Source of the DNA: Chiloscyllium plagiosum | Lineage: Eukaryota | Length of the DNA stretch: 51,726 nucleotides | Direction: 5' to 3' | Assembly (NCBI RefSeq): GCF_004010195.1 | Contig: NC_057719.1 | Coordinates: 6,782,846 to 6,834,571 of the forward strand | Shown: one piece after another, positions 12,298-23,672 of the stretch | Layout of the letters: each line of letters begins with the position of its first letter | Numbering within the stretch: the first letter of the stretch is position 1 | The notes under the pieces: model-generated | The model's input: only the letters and a program-made list of their open reading frames with translations | Databases searched by the model: none | Told to the model about the DNA's origin: nothing | Made by a program: the position numbers and the translations under genes

Positions 12298-13009
12298 TTA
12301 CTTGCAGAGTTACATTGTACTTTGCTCAAAAACTGCAAGAATGCATGAGAGACTCTGTTAACTCACTTTTTAGATTAGAATCAGTCTAAACATTATGGCA
12401 CAGACAGGGAACGCAGGGGGCTAACACCTTCAACATCTTAACATCTTATCTGGCTGTCATCAATTGTTACAGTTAACCTGAGAAGGTAACTTTTAAGGAG
12501 AAAGTGAGGTCTGCAGATGCTGGAGATCAAAGTTGAAACTTTATTGCTGGAACAGCACAGCAGGTCAGGCAGCATCCAGGGAACAGGAGATTCGACGTTT
12601 CGGGCACAGGCCCTTCTTCAGGAATTCTTTAGGCATTCCTGAAGAAGGGCCTGTGCCCGAAACGTCGAATCTCCTGTTCCCTGGATGCTGCCTGACCTGC
12701 TGTGCTGTTCCAGCAATAAAGTTTCAACCAAGGTAACTTTTAAAGAAGTTTTGTGATTTACATATGAAAGAAGTGAAACTATCATGGTCATTCTAACACG
12801 AGAGACTTAACAAACAATCAAGGTATTTTACATCACACTGTAAACTTTTGCTATAAATTCTCTCTTACAATTGTATACTCCACAACTACCTGATGAAGGA
12901 GCGGCGCTCAGAAAGCTAGTGCTTCCAGTTAAACCTGTTGGACTACAACCTGGTGTTGTGTGATTTTTAACTTTGCCCACCCCAGACCATCACCAGCTCC
13001 TCCACATCA
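12298..13009 (+). mobile_element. PLE family B 3' region, inverted partner of 11315-11700, abutting the CpG island
   Basis: Core CTGATGAaGGAGCggcGCTCaGAAAgcta at 12890-12918, then tail ending ccacatca. Confidence 0.8.
12497..12728. mobile_element. Palindromic PLE family A insertion (young)
   Basis: Near-perfect arms of about 94 bp around tctttaggc; 35-nt tail on the left arm; TSD aaggtaacttttaa (12483-12496, 12730-12743). Confidence 0.88.
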
Positions 13010-13420
13010 CGTGTGCACCCTACGCAGCCTGGAGCGGCACCTGAGGACGTCATGCGTCATGGCGTAGGGACGCGCCGTGCGTGCGTAAACCAGCGCCAAG
13101 ATGGCGGCGGGGACCAGCCATTGGTTGCTGTTACGCTATCAGGCGCCATTCCTACCGCCCGAATTCCTCCCGCCGGACCGAAGGGCCTGGAGGCCGCTCT
13201 GTGGGCGTCAGCAGGTCGAAAAACACCGACTTTACCTCAGGAATTTATTGGCCGGGCCGAGCTGCGGGGGGTTGGCTGGAGGGGGAGGCATTTCAGCGGC
13301 TGTCGTTGTTCGTTCGAGGGGCCCATGGGGACCTGAGGCGGAGGGAGGTAATGCTCGGCCGGATTGTCTCCTTGGCGACGGCCAGGGAGATCGTGGCGTT
13401 ATTGAGCGATGTTTCCCCCC
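13010..13420. promoter_or_regulatory. CpG-island promoter of an unidentified gene
   Basis: Sharp GC and CpG enrichment; CRE-like gacgtca (13046-13052) and tgcgtca; YY1 motif CAAGATGGCGGC (13097-13108); two reverse CCAAT boxes (13120, 13247); repeat-free sequence downstream. Confidence 0.8.
13345..13353 (+). other. Candidate first-exon splice donor GAG|GTAATG
   Basis: Donor-like site near the 3' edge of the CpG island, followed by a transition to T-rich intron-like sequence. Confidence 0.45.
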
Positions 13421-16400
13421 CTCCATCCCTTTTTTTTAAATAAGCACTTTTTATTCCAGGGGGTGGGGAAAAACCACGAGCGCTGGGGGAAAAAAAATCC
13501 CTTGTGTTCGTCAACAGCCATCTTTCCATGACATGAAGTGTAAGTAGACAAAAACCCAACTGTATCTTTATGTATTACATTTCTGCTGCTGCTTCACTCG
13601 AGAACATTGTTTCCTATACATTACAACTTATTTCTCTTCCACTTCCCCCTCCCTGACAAAGTGAAATTGCAAACTCGGCAAAAGATTAGGGAGGCTTGAA
13701 TAGTTTCGCTTGTTTATTTTTGTCCTATTTTAAAAGTCCATCTCGAACTTTTGTGTGTACATCTACATACATATAGATAAATATTATGTATTTATAACGT
13801 GGTGTTGTCCTTGAAATACAGTCCAATGTGTCTTTGTCCTCACCGCTTTTATTTATGCTAAATTTTGGTGTTTGGTTGGAACCTGGACTCCTGACATTGC
13901 AGCTAAAGTTTGGTTTGAATGCACCAAGTGGGCGAAATTTTGATTTTTTTTAAAGTGTTTGGGGTTGTGATTATCATTGTTCTAACTGAAAGCGACTTGA
14001 AATGTTTGTATATTGTATCAAATTTAAATGCAACTCTCCTCTCATTGTCCTACCCAAGTTTTATACTCAACTGTCTTAATAAAGTAAATTTTCTTTTAAG
14101 AAAAGGAGCTGTACTTCTACCCTTTCCGGCCAGCCTGCTGCTCAATGAGTGTTTGTTTTTCTCTTTAATGGGTAATTGTGTCCGTCTACACTTGTTTCCC
14201 CCTGCTGCGCACATTGGTTCTTTAAGTTGTTTCTTTTTATTTGCAGATTTTGTTTTGGAACATTCGCCCTTTCCCTCTTAAGATGTTGCTGTTTTCATGT
14301 AATGTCATTGTATTGCATTGTCATCCTCTGCTATAGGGAGCAGTGTTAGGCAACACCGCAGTGTCCTCAACCTCTGTCCTCTGGTAGGATAATGGTCTTT
14401 ACCTTGTGATGGTGAAAGCAAATCTCAAATTCTCGTATCAAGGATTTTTCTTGTTTAAATCCCATTTGATAAACATACTGAATTCTCCTGTTAACTTCAC
14501 TTTTTTTTAGGCTTATCTCAGCGTAAGTGTAACTTGTAGAAATGGGAATGTGTAAATGTCGCGGCCTTTCCCTAAAAGAAGCCTGTTTGGTTTTGGTCAT
14601 GCCTGAGCTTTGCTCAAATTGGTCGTTTCAGCAGATAGCATTTAATCCAAGGTGACAAGGCAACTGTTTCCAAGGGTAGACAACTCTGGAGAAAGCCAAA
14701 GCCATGGACCTGCCACTTGACCTTTTGACAGTTAGGTGGTCGAATGAAAAGATGCACCAGCAATTAACCCAGATTATGAAGTTCGCACACATCTTCGTGA
14801 TTTACACAGTCCGTTTGAAGCAATGCACAACGGCGTCTTTCAGTCTCGCTGCGCTGCAGATGTTGTCTATAAGTTCAGGACTGCAAAACTGGATGAACTA
14901 AGTCGATGCGTTTAATGTCGCTCGTCCATTCGTCGAAAACAACGCTTGTGCTATCTATGAAAGACTGTCGATGCTTCAGCAGTTTCGCACTCTTCCAAAA
15001 ATAGAATGCAAGGGATTGTGGGCAGGAGTCTTGTGATTTTTTCTCTCTCTGTATAATGTAAACCAGATGCTATGTGCGGAGGAATTGCCACGCAGCTCAA
15101 ACCGTGTACGATTAAATCACTTACGCCCACTTCGGAGGCACGGGATCTGATTACTGACTACCGACCTTAAATTGGATGTTTGTTTTGAAACAATCAATGA
15201 ACGGATTTCGGCGGCTGAGTTAAATAGGACAGAAGGACAAAGATGCAAAGGACAAAGTTGATTTTTTTTCTTGTTATGGCATGCTAACAAATACGTTTGC
15301 AAAACGAATACTGGAAACAACTTAGTCTAATGTATTCATTTACAATGATATTTGAGGCGTGGTCCTACAAAGTAACTGCCCGATAAGGCGTTTTTTTTTG
15401 TTATATATTGCTCCATATATTCAAATGCGTTTTCAACGCAAGGTATTAGACCTTCCTAAAGATACATTGTTATTTAAAAGTGACAATCGTGCGCTTCAAA
15501 TCAATTACACACAAGGAATTCCAAGTTAACTCATCCTTTTATGTACGGGGACCGCAGTTGGAAGCATTCGGCTATTGGATTGCTGTAATGTTTGAAAATA
15601 AACCTTATCTCATTGAAATAATTGTCCATTACACAATCTTTTCGTGTTTATATGTTCTGACATGTATAGACTCATTAACAAAATGGCCTTGAATTGCACT
15701 GATTCTTTATTTTAATGAAACGGTTATATTTTTAAAACTTTTGATTTTCATAATTGAAGTTTTAATGTATTTGGGGATCAGCAGAATATGTTACTACAAT
15801 AATATATTGTATGAATTCTGGTTGCATAGGGAGTGTTACAGATAGAAAAAGTTATATTCAGTGCAAAATTTTTCTATAGATTTTCAACAATTTTCTTAAG
15901 GTCTGATCATGTTACCCCATAAAGATAATTGGCTCTGCACTGGTGAAATACTCATTAAGTATTTTAACTTGATCTAATAAATGTGTGTTAAGTACTATTA
16001 AGCTCCAAAGACTGACTGCTTCACATGGAGGGATTAGTTATTACCACATACTTATCCTTAATGTAACTTGCTTCATGTGACATAATCCAACCTCTCAAAT
16101 TTCAAACTGTTTGCATACAAATTGTAATGAAAAGAGGGAATAAAAGAGCGCTGATCTGTGTTAGTTACATGAATTGATACAGTAATGAGGGTGTATGTTC
16201 ATACTAGTGATTGAACTCTGCTTTGCCAAAAGAGAAATTAATCACTGATATAGCGTAATCCTTTGATTATAGATTAGAAAATGCCTTGATGACTTTCTGC
16301 ATTTGAACATTAAATGCATGTTTTTATTGTATGTAGCCCAAATAATCAACTGGTTAGACGAAACTGGTATCTTTACATTCTTAAAGATTAAATTATACAC

Positions 16401-17303
16401 CTAGTTTACTATACACTATAGTTAAAATTTATCCAGTAAATAAAGCTCCACTTGCTGAATCTTCAGCTACAAGTTGTAACACTAAATTCATTCTGGTTGA
16501 CCTTTTCTGGATTTTCTCTATTAAGGAACTAAACTGGACACTATCCTGTATGCAACCACAAGTATTGCATTCATAACTTATTGAATTCTACTAGCAGTTC
16601 AACACATGCTGATAAGGCTTGCAACTCTAGTTTACGGCCTTTAAAATTCAGCATCTGTATATGTGACTTTTTTGTTTCAACCCTCGCCTATAAGGAGGTA
16701 ACCCATACATGATGTACATATGCCTGAAATTGCAGCACTAATCCTTCATTTATCCACAATGATGGATATCTGCAAGATACATAGTGTGTCTACATCAGGT
16801 TGTATCCTGTCTGTTGCGTTGCTTTTGAGCCCAGACACTCTGATAAGCCATCATCATACTGGTCATTACATTTTGATCCTTGTTAGTTCCTTATTGTAAT
16901 TTCATTTTTATGTAATTTCTACTATGGATTACTAGCTATTATATAATTGATTCTTTTTTTAAATTTGCATTTTTGCCCTTGCTACTCTTTTCCCAGTTGA
17001 GCTTCTTGTGAAGCAATTGTCATCAAACTCCACAGTCAGATGTGTAATAATCTTGCAAAATCAAACAGTGGATGTTGGAAATCTGAAATAAAAACAAGGT
17101 GTTAGCTATGCTGGCATATGTGGAATAATAATTTGTTAGTCAGAACTGCAGAGATGTGTTTATCCACAGCCACCAGTTTTAAATATTAACTTGCATAGAA
17201 TCAAAGAATGGTTACTATGCATTTTGCTGATCATGCCTATGTCACAGACATTTTGCTTGTGCCATACCTCCGCCCTATCTTGGCAAGACTCTGCAGATAA
17301 TTA

Positions 17304-17530
17304 GTTGAAACTTTATTGCTGGAACAGCACAGCAGGTCAGGCAGCATCCAGGGAACAGGAGATTCGACGTTTCGGGCACAGGCCCTTCTTCAGGAATCCT
17401 GATTCCTGAAGAAGGGCCTGTGCCCGAAACGTCGAATCTCCTGTTCCGTGGATGCTGCCTGACCTGCTGTGCTGTTCCAGCAATAAAGTTTCAACTTTGA
17501 TCTCCAGCATCTGCAGACCTCACTTTCTCC
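17304..17530. mobile_element. Palindromic PLE family A insertion (young)
   Basis: Arms of about 95 bp around a 2-nt spacer; 35-nt tail on the right arm; TSD ctctgcagataatta (17289-17303, 17530-17544). Confidence 0.88.
17401..17438 (+). ncRNA. Minimal type I hammerhead ribozyme motif (mirror copy on minus strand at 17361-17398)
   Basis: Stem I gattc/gaatc, CTGAAGA plus extra A, stem II GGGC-ctgt-GCCC, GAAA, palindromic ACGT stem III, GUC triplet (predicted cut after 17433). Confidence 0.75.
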
Positions 17531-17717
17531 TCTGCAGATAATTATCTGATTTTCTTTAAAATGCAATTGAATCTCCCTCTTATAATCTCAGGCAGTGCAT
17601 TCCAGTTCTTAACCACATGTTGTCTAAACGGGTGTTTTTATGCCCCTTCTGGTTCTCCAATCATATTATTGTGCACTGCTTAATATTTCTACTGTTGGGA
17701 ACAGTTACTCCCTACCT

Positions 17718-18270
17718 AGAATAAAACACAGATGCTGGGGATCTGAAACAAAAACAGAAATCACTGGAAAATGCAACAGGTCTGGCAGCACCGATAGGAA
17801 GAAAGTAGAGTTAACATTTTGAGATCGGTAACTCCTCTTCAGAACTGTTAGGATTGGCAAAACCTGTATTTATGCATAAGTGTGTATGTGTTTGCATGTG
17901 GGCTGGGGCAGTGGGGTGGATGGTGTTGTGTTGAAGGGAATAGCTGAGTGGAAAGATGGAAATAGAATCCACAGAAGAAAGGAGTAGGTAAATAGAGAGA
18001 ATGCATAGCAGGACAGGACAGAAAAAACGCTAATGGTGAGAAAATGGATTCATTGAGCTGAATGCAGCCCATATAAGATGGTAATGGACCGAGGAGTATG
18101 TGAGAATGCATGACTACTAAAATGACCCATGTCAAAACAAGACTGCATGTGTTTAAAAAAAAAACATGGAAGGATGGAATCAGGCTCTAGAGTTATTGAA
18201 CTCAATGCTGAATTCTAGGGTCCCTAAGCGGAAATGAAATATTCTTCGAGCTTGCGCTGAGGCTTGCTGC
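17718..18270 (-). mobile_element. Older PLE 3' region (family related to A)
   Basis: Minus strand RKLEE..FRLGTL..SIEFNN-like ORF end; degenerate ctgaaga..aaaa core near 17810-17846. Confidence 0.55.
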
Positions 18271-18351
18271 TTACCTACTTAATCTGTCCAGACCCCATTG
18301 ATTGAGCATAGCTGTCAAATTCTCTTCATCTTCCTTTCCAAAGATAACCCA

Positions 18352-19918
18352 GTTTTGGATGTAAGTTTGCTCGCTGAGCTGGAAGGTTCATTTCCAGATG
18401 TTTTGTCACCCTATTAGGTAACATCTTCAGTGGACCTCCAGGAAAAGCACTGCTGATGATTCCTGTTTTTATATGTTTGGGTTTCTTTGAGTTGGTGATG
18501 TCATTTCCTGTTTTTCTCAGGGGTTGGTAGATGGGGTCTAACTCGATGTGTTTGTTGATGAGAATTTCGGTTGGATTGCCATGCTTCTAGGAATTTTCGT
18601 GCGTGTCTCTGTTTTGCTTGCCTTAGGATGGGTGTATTGACCCAGTCGAAGTGGTGTCCTTCCTCATTCGTATGTAAGGATACTAGTGAGAGAGGGTCAT
18701 GTCGTTTTGTGGCTAGTTGATGTTCGTGTATCCTGGTGGCTAGTCTTCTGCCTGTTTGTCCAATGTAGTGTTTGTTACAATCCTTGCACAGTAGTTTGTA
18801 AATGACATTAGCTTTGCTTGTTGTCTGTATAGGGTCTTTCAAGTTCATTATCTGGTGTTTTAGTGTGTTGGTGGGCTTCTGGGCTACCATGATGCCAAGG
18901 GGTCTGAGTCGTCTGGCAGTCATTTCTGAGATGTCTTTGATGTAGGGCAGAGTGGCTAGGATTTCTGGACATGTTTTGTCTGCTTGTTTGGGTTTGTTGC
19001 TGAGAAATTGGCAGACTTTGTTCATAGGGTACCCATTCTTTTTGAATACACGGTATAGGTGATTTTTCTCTGCTTTGCGAAGTTCCTCTGTGCCGCAGTG
19101 TGTGTGTTGGCTCGTTGAAATAATGTTCTGATGCAGCTTCGTTTATGGATGTTGGGATGTTGCTTCTGTAGTTCAGTATTTGGTCCGTATGTGGCATTTT
19201 CCTGTAGACACTAGTTTGAAGTTCTCCATTGGCTGTTTGCTCTACTGTGACATCTAGGACTGGCAGTTTGTTGTTTTCCTCCGCTTTAGCGAATTTTATG
19301 CCAGTAAGGGTATTATTGATGGTCTTGAAGGTTTCCTCTAATTTGTTTCGTTTAGTGATGACAAAGGTCATCACCCACCAACACACTAAAACAGCAGCTA
19401 ATGAACTTGAAAGACCCTGTACAAAGAACAAGCAAAACTAATATCATTTACAAAATACCATGCAAGAACTGTAACAAACACTACATTGGGCCACCAGGAT
19501 ACATGAACATCAACTAGCCACAAAAAGACATGACCCACTCTCACTAGTATCTTTACATACAGATGAGGAAGGACACCACTTTGACTGGGCCAACACATCC
19601 ATCCTTGGACAAGTCAAACAGAGACACGCACGAGAATTCCTAGAAGCATGGCATTCCAACCGGAACACACTCAACAAACTTAGAGTTAGACCCCATCTAC
19701 AGCACCCTGAGAAAAAGAACAGGAAATGACATCACCAATCCAAAGAAACCCAAACATTTGAATAGAAAGCAGGAATCATCAGCAGTGCGTTGCCCAGAGG
19801 CCCGCTGAAGATGTTACCTAGCAGGGTAATGAAATGTCTGGAAATGAACCTACTAGCTCAGTGAGCAAACCTACTTCCAGAACTTCAACCTGAGCTACAA
19901 ATCTTCTCAAAATTCGCT
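18352..19918. mobile_element. PLE family C insertion: about 1 kb inverted arm (18352-19367, minus) plus direct arm (19368-19918, plus)
   Basis: GIY-YIG motif NVIYKLLCKDCNKHYIGQTGRRLATRIHEH and RT thumb LPVLDVTV..TSVYRK; degenerate hammerhead cores at about 18392-18431 and 19802-19841; TSD aacccagttt (18346-18355, 19922-19931). Confidence 0.88.
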
Positions 19919-20101
19919 ATAAACCCAGTTTCTCCAATTTAATCCTTACATCAAGTTTCTAATGTCTAGAACTGCTCTAGTAAATCTTTTCTGCATTTTT
20001 ATTAATACCTTCACATTATATGGGTTGCATTCAGCTCAGTTAACCCATTTTGTGGCTGTGTGGTCCCCAGAATTACACACATTTCCAGTTGTGCACATCA
20101 A

Positions 20102-20456
20102 GGGGGAGACGATGGCCTAATGTTATTGCTGCATTGTTAATCCAGCGACTCTGGATTATGTTCTGGGCACCCAGGTCCAAATTCAGCCACGGCAGGTGGT
20201 AGATTAAATTCAATGAGAAAATAACCTGGATTTATGAGTGTAATGATGACCAAGAATCCATTGTCAATTGTTGAAAATATCCCATCTGGTTCATTAATTT
20301 CCTTTAGGGAAGGAAGCTGCTAACATTACCACATCTGGCCTACATGTGACTCCAGACTCAAAGCAGTGCAGTTCACTTTTAACCGCACTCAACGATGGGT
20401 AATAAACGCTGGCCTAGCCAGCAACTCCCTCATCTTGTGAATGAATAAAGAAAAAA
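20102..20456 (+). mobile_element. tRNA-derived SINE (non-HE1 family)
   Basis: tggcctaatg A-box-like head, cccatctggttca..cctttagggaaggaa core, aatgaataaagaaaaaa tail; second copy split at 44530-45502. Confidence 0.7.
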
Positions 20457-20526
20457 GTTGTTGCAGTTGAGGTCAAACCAGAGATTTAAGGTTAATTGTG
20501 ACTTCCATGCTTTTATACACTGCATT

Positions 20527-20736
20527 GAGTGTGTGGTGCTGGCAAAGCACAGCAGGTCAGGCAGCATCTGAGGAGCTGGAGAATTGAAAGTTCGGGCATG
20601 AGCCCTTCATCAGGAGTGGGTTTTCCCTGATGAAATGTCTATTCTCCTGCTCCTTGGAAGCTGCCTGACCTGCTGTGCCTTTCCAGCACCACACTCTCAA
20701 CTCTGATCTCCAGCACCAGCAGTCCTCACTTTCTCC
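20527..20736. mobile_element. Palindromic PLE family A insertion (older)
   Basis: Diverged inverted arms, right-hand tail, TSD ttttatacact (20511-20521, 20738-20748). Confidence 0.78.
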
Positions 20737-21014
20737 TTTTTATACACTCTGCCTCTATTTATAAAGCACAAGATTCAGTATACTCATTAGCTCTATTCTT
20801 GACCACTTATGTCATCAATGGTTTGAGCACACATGCCCCAGATGTCTGTAAATTTGTATTCACTTTACACTTTTCTCAGTGTATCACTTAATGCTTTGCA
20901 ATGTTTCATGAGCCATATGTCTGTCCCCTCTAATAGTCTGTATGTTTGAGTGATGAGCTGACAAAGTGCAATTACAGCAGGCTTGTGCAATTACAGCAGG
21001 TAAAAGGCATCGGA

Positions 21015-21483
21015 ATAGTTAGATGAATAGAAAGGGTTTAGAGGGATATGGGCCAAGTACTGGCAAATGGGACTAGATTAATTTAGGCTATCTGATTGGC
21101 ATGGACAGGTTGGACCGAAGGGGCTGTTTCCATGCCGTACATCTCTGATGCAAACTTTTAACTGAATGAAGACATTAAAAATTGACCTATAGTGGATTTC
21201 AAGACAAGGGGGTACATTTTAACAGTGAGAGGAGAGAGATTTGGAAAATAAGCAAGAGGGTGGTTTGTGTGTGGAATGAACTTCCTGAGACAGTGGTGGA
21301 TGTGGGCACAACTGTAAAGTTTAAAAGGCATTTAAACTTTGGTTTGAATACAAATTTACATGAATAGGAAAGGTTTGGAGGATCATGGGCTAGGAATAGG
21401 CAGGTGGGACTAGTTTAGTTTGGGATTGTTTGGCATGGACTAGTTGTGCTGAAGGGTCTGTTTCCATGCTGTATGATTCCATG
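21015..21483 (+). mobile_element. Two CR1 3'-end fragments
   Basis: RVVCVWNELPE motif; tails ggaccgaagggctgtttccatg and gaagggtctgtttccatgctgtatg. Confidence 0.7.
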
Positions 21484-21542
21484 ACAAAAGAACTGAACAG
21501 AAACTGTTGTGTAAGGATTGGTGCTAATTTACCTTGGGCAAT

Positions 21543-21679
21543 ATGATGTGGAGGTGTTAGTGTTAGACTGGGATGCACAAAGTTAAAAATCTCACAATAG
21601 GTAACGAGCAGCGCTTTGAAAGCTTGTACTTTTCAAATAAACCTGTTGGACTGTAACCTGGTGTTGTGATTTTAACTTT
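21543..21679. mobile_element. Palindromic PLE family B mini-insertion (degraded)
   Basis: aaagttaaaaatc / gattttaacttt arms, left tail, TSD tttaccttggg (21528-21538, 21677-21687). Confidence 0.72.
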
Positions 21680-23224
21680 ACCTTGGGAAAAGTAGTTTTG
21701 CTTGAAATATCCAGGCTGCATAATAATTAGCTAATAGAACTGCATTTCTAGAAAATGATACTAAGACAAAGTTCTGGATTTTCAGAGACTGAAGTTTTAA
21801 GTAAAAATTTCATAGACGTACACCAAAAACAATTTATATATGTTGTCAAGTTCTAATGAAATATTAACTGGGGCAATACTGAGCAATTTTAAAAGAAAAG
21901 AATGGTGAAGAAGGGAAGAAAGGGTACATACAATATCTGACAAATACAAAGTACTGTAACAGACTCTGTTGAAAACATTACAAGTTCTGTAAAGTGTATA
22001 ATTGAGTCTCGACATTCTGCAATGGAAGTTCGATAATCTTCATCTAACAGTAGTTTAATTGGAATATTCATCTGAACTCAAGAATTTGAATATAAGTTGG
22101 TGAGAATATTGTTTTGCGGTCTTTTATTGGAAACTAATTTTGGGTTTTTCGGGCAACCACACAATGTTGGTTATTGAGGGGAGGAGAAGTGGGTTGTCTT
22201 ATTCATTTTGGATTATGTTCATTCTGAAAGCACTAGTTTTCTAATGGTCAGTACACAACCTATTTTGTTTATCTTTCTGAAACTGAATCTCAGATTTTAT
22301 AGGTTATTGCAATAGGGATGGAATTTGTTTTAAAACAAATAATTGCAGATGCTAGAGATCTGAAATAAACAACAACCACTGGATAAATTCAGCAGATCCA
22401 GCAGCATCTGTGAAGAGAAAATCAGTTAAGATATGGAATGCTTCCCAAATTTGTTATCATTAGCTGATCTTGGACCCTGCACATTGTGTTGCTTTTTTTT
22501 TGTACAATATTTGACATGAAAGCATGCTTTCAAACTTGGAAATAGTACTGAAAAGTAGTCTCTCCTCATTCCCTGCATTGTAGCTTTTTTTTTTAAGTTT
22601 GACCTATTTTCCAAAGAGCAGTCCATAACTTGTAGTTAGGAAAATACATTCAGATTTTATAACATTGCAGTATATTATTGTATTATGCAAACTGCACTGT
22701 AGAAAATTACATTTCATAAGTTGAAATTAATGCTGAGTTTAGAAATCAAGGCATCTTTACATTTTGAACAAATAATACCTATCTTCAATGTATAAAAGCC
22801 AAATATGGTGGCTACTGGAAATCTGAGCAGATACAATGCTGGAGAACCTGAACAGATCTGACTATCTGTGGAGAGAAAAATAGAGTTAACATTTTGAGTA
22901 TGGTTTTTTTCAGTTCCAAATGCTGCCAGATATGCAGAGTTCCTTTACCATTAGCTATGCTTATTTGTTTCAATCTTTGAGGAACTGTCAGTTTTAGAGT
23001 CATACAGCATGGAAACACATCCTTCAGTCCAACTAGTCCACACTGACCATGTTCCCAAACTAAACTAGTCCCATCAGCCTGGGTTTGGCCCATATCACTC
23101 CAAACCTTTCCTATCCATGTATTTATTCGAATGTCTTTTAAACATTATAACTTTACCAGCATCCATCAGTTCCTTGTGCAATTAATTGCACACACACCAC
23201 TCTTTGCATTAAAGTTGCCCGAAG

Positions 23225-23670
23225 TAGTTTTAAAACAGCAACTAATGAACTTGAAAGACCTTATGCAGGCAACAAGCAAAACTAATGTCATTTACAAAAT
23301 ACCTTGCAAGAACTGTAACAAACATTACATTGGACAAACAGGCAGGAAACTAGCCACAAAATGACATGACCCCCTCTTGCTAGTATCCTTACATACAAAT
23401 GAGGATAACTTTGGGACAACACATCCATCCTAGGACAAGCCAAACAGAGACGTGCACAAGAATACCTAGATGAATGACATTCCAACTGGAACTCTATCAA
23501 CAAACACATTGATTCGGGTCCCATTTACCAGTCCCTGAAAAAAAGAACAGGAAATGACCTCACCATAGGAAATGACCACCAACCCTAGGGAACTCTCAAT
23601 AGAAAGTGGGCTACACCACCAGTGCTTCATTCAGAGGTTCACTGAAGATGTTACCTAGTATGGTGATGGA
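23225..23670 (+). mobile_element. PLE family C fragment (GIY-YIG to hammerhead remnant)
   Basis: NVIYKIPCKNCNKHYIGQTGRKLAT; ctgaagatgttacctagtatggtgat at about 23642. Confidence 0.8.
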
Positions 23671-23672
23671 AT

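Noticed and set aside
12497..12728. DNA-transposon MITE or intrinsic terminator
   Set aside because: Arms are asymmetric, TSDs are long and variable, single-arm copies exist, and related families are attached to PLE ORFs.
13101..13439. ORF MAAGTSHW... as the first coding exon
   Set aside because: The ATG is part of a YY1 motif, the peptide is not recognisable, and overlapping ORFs in several frames are expected in GC-rich DNA. Not excluded, but unsupported.
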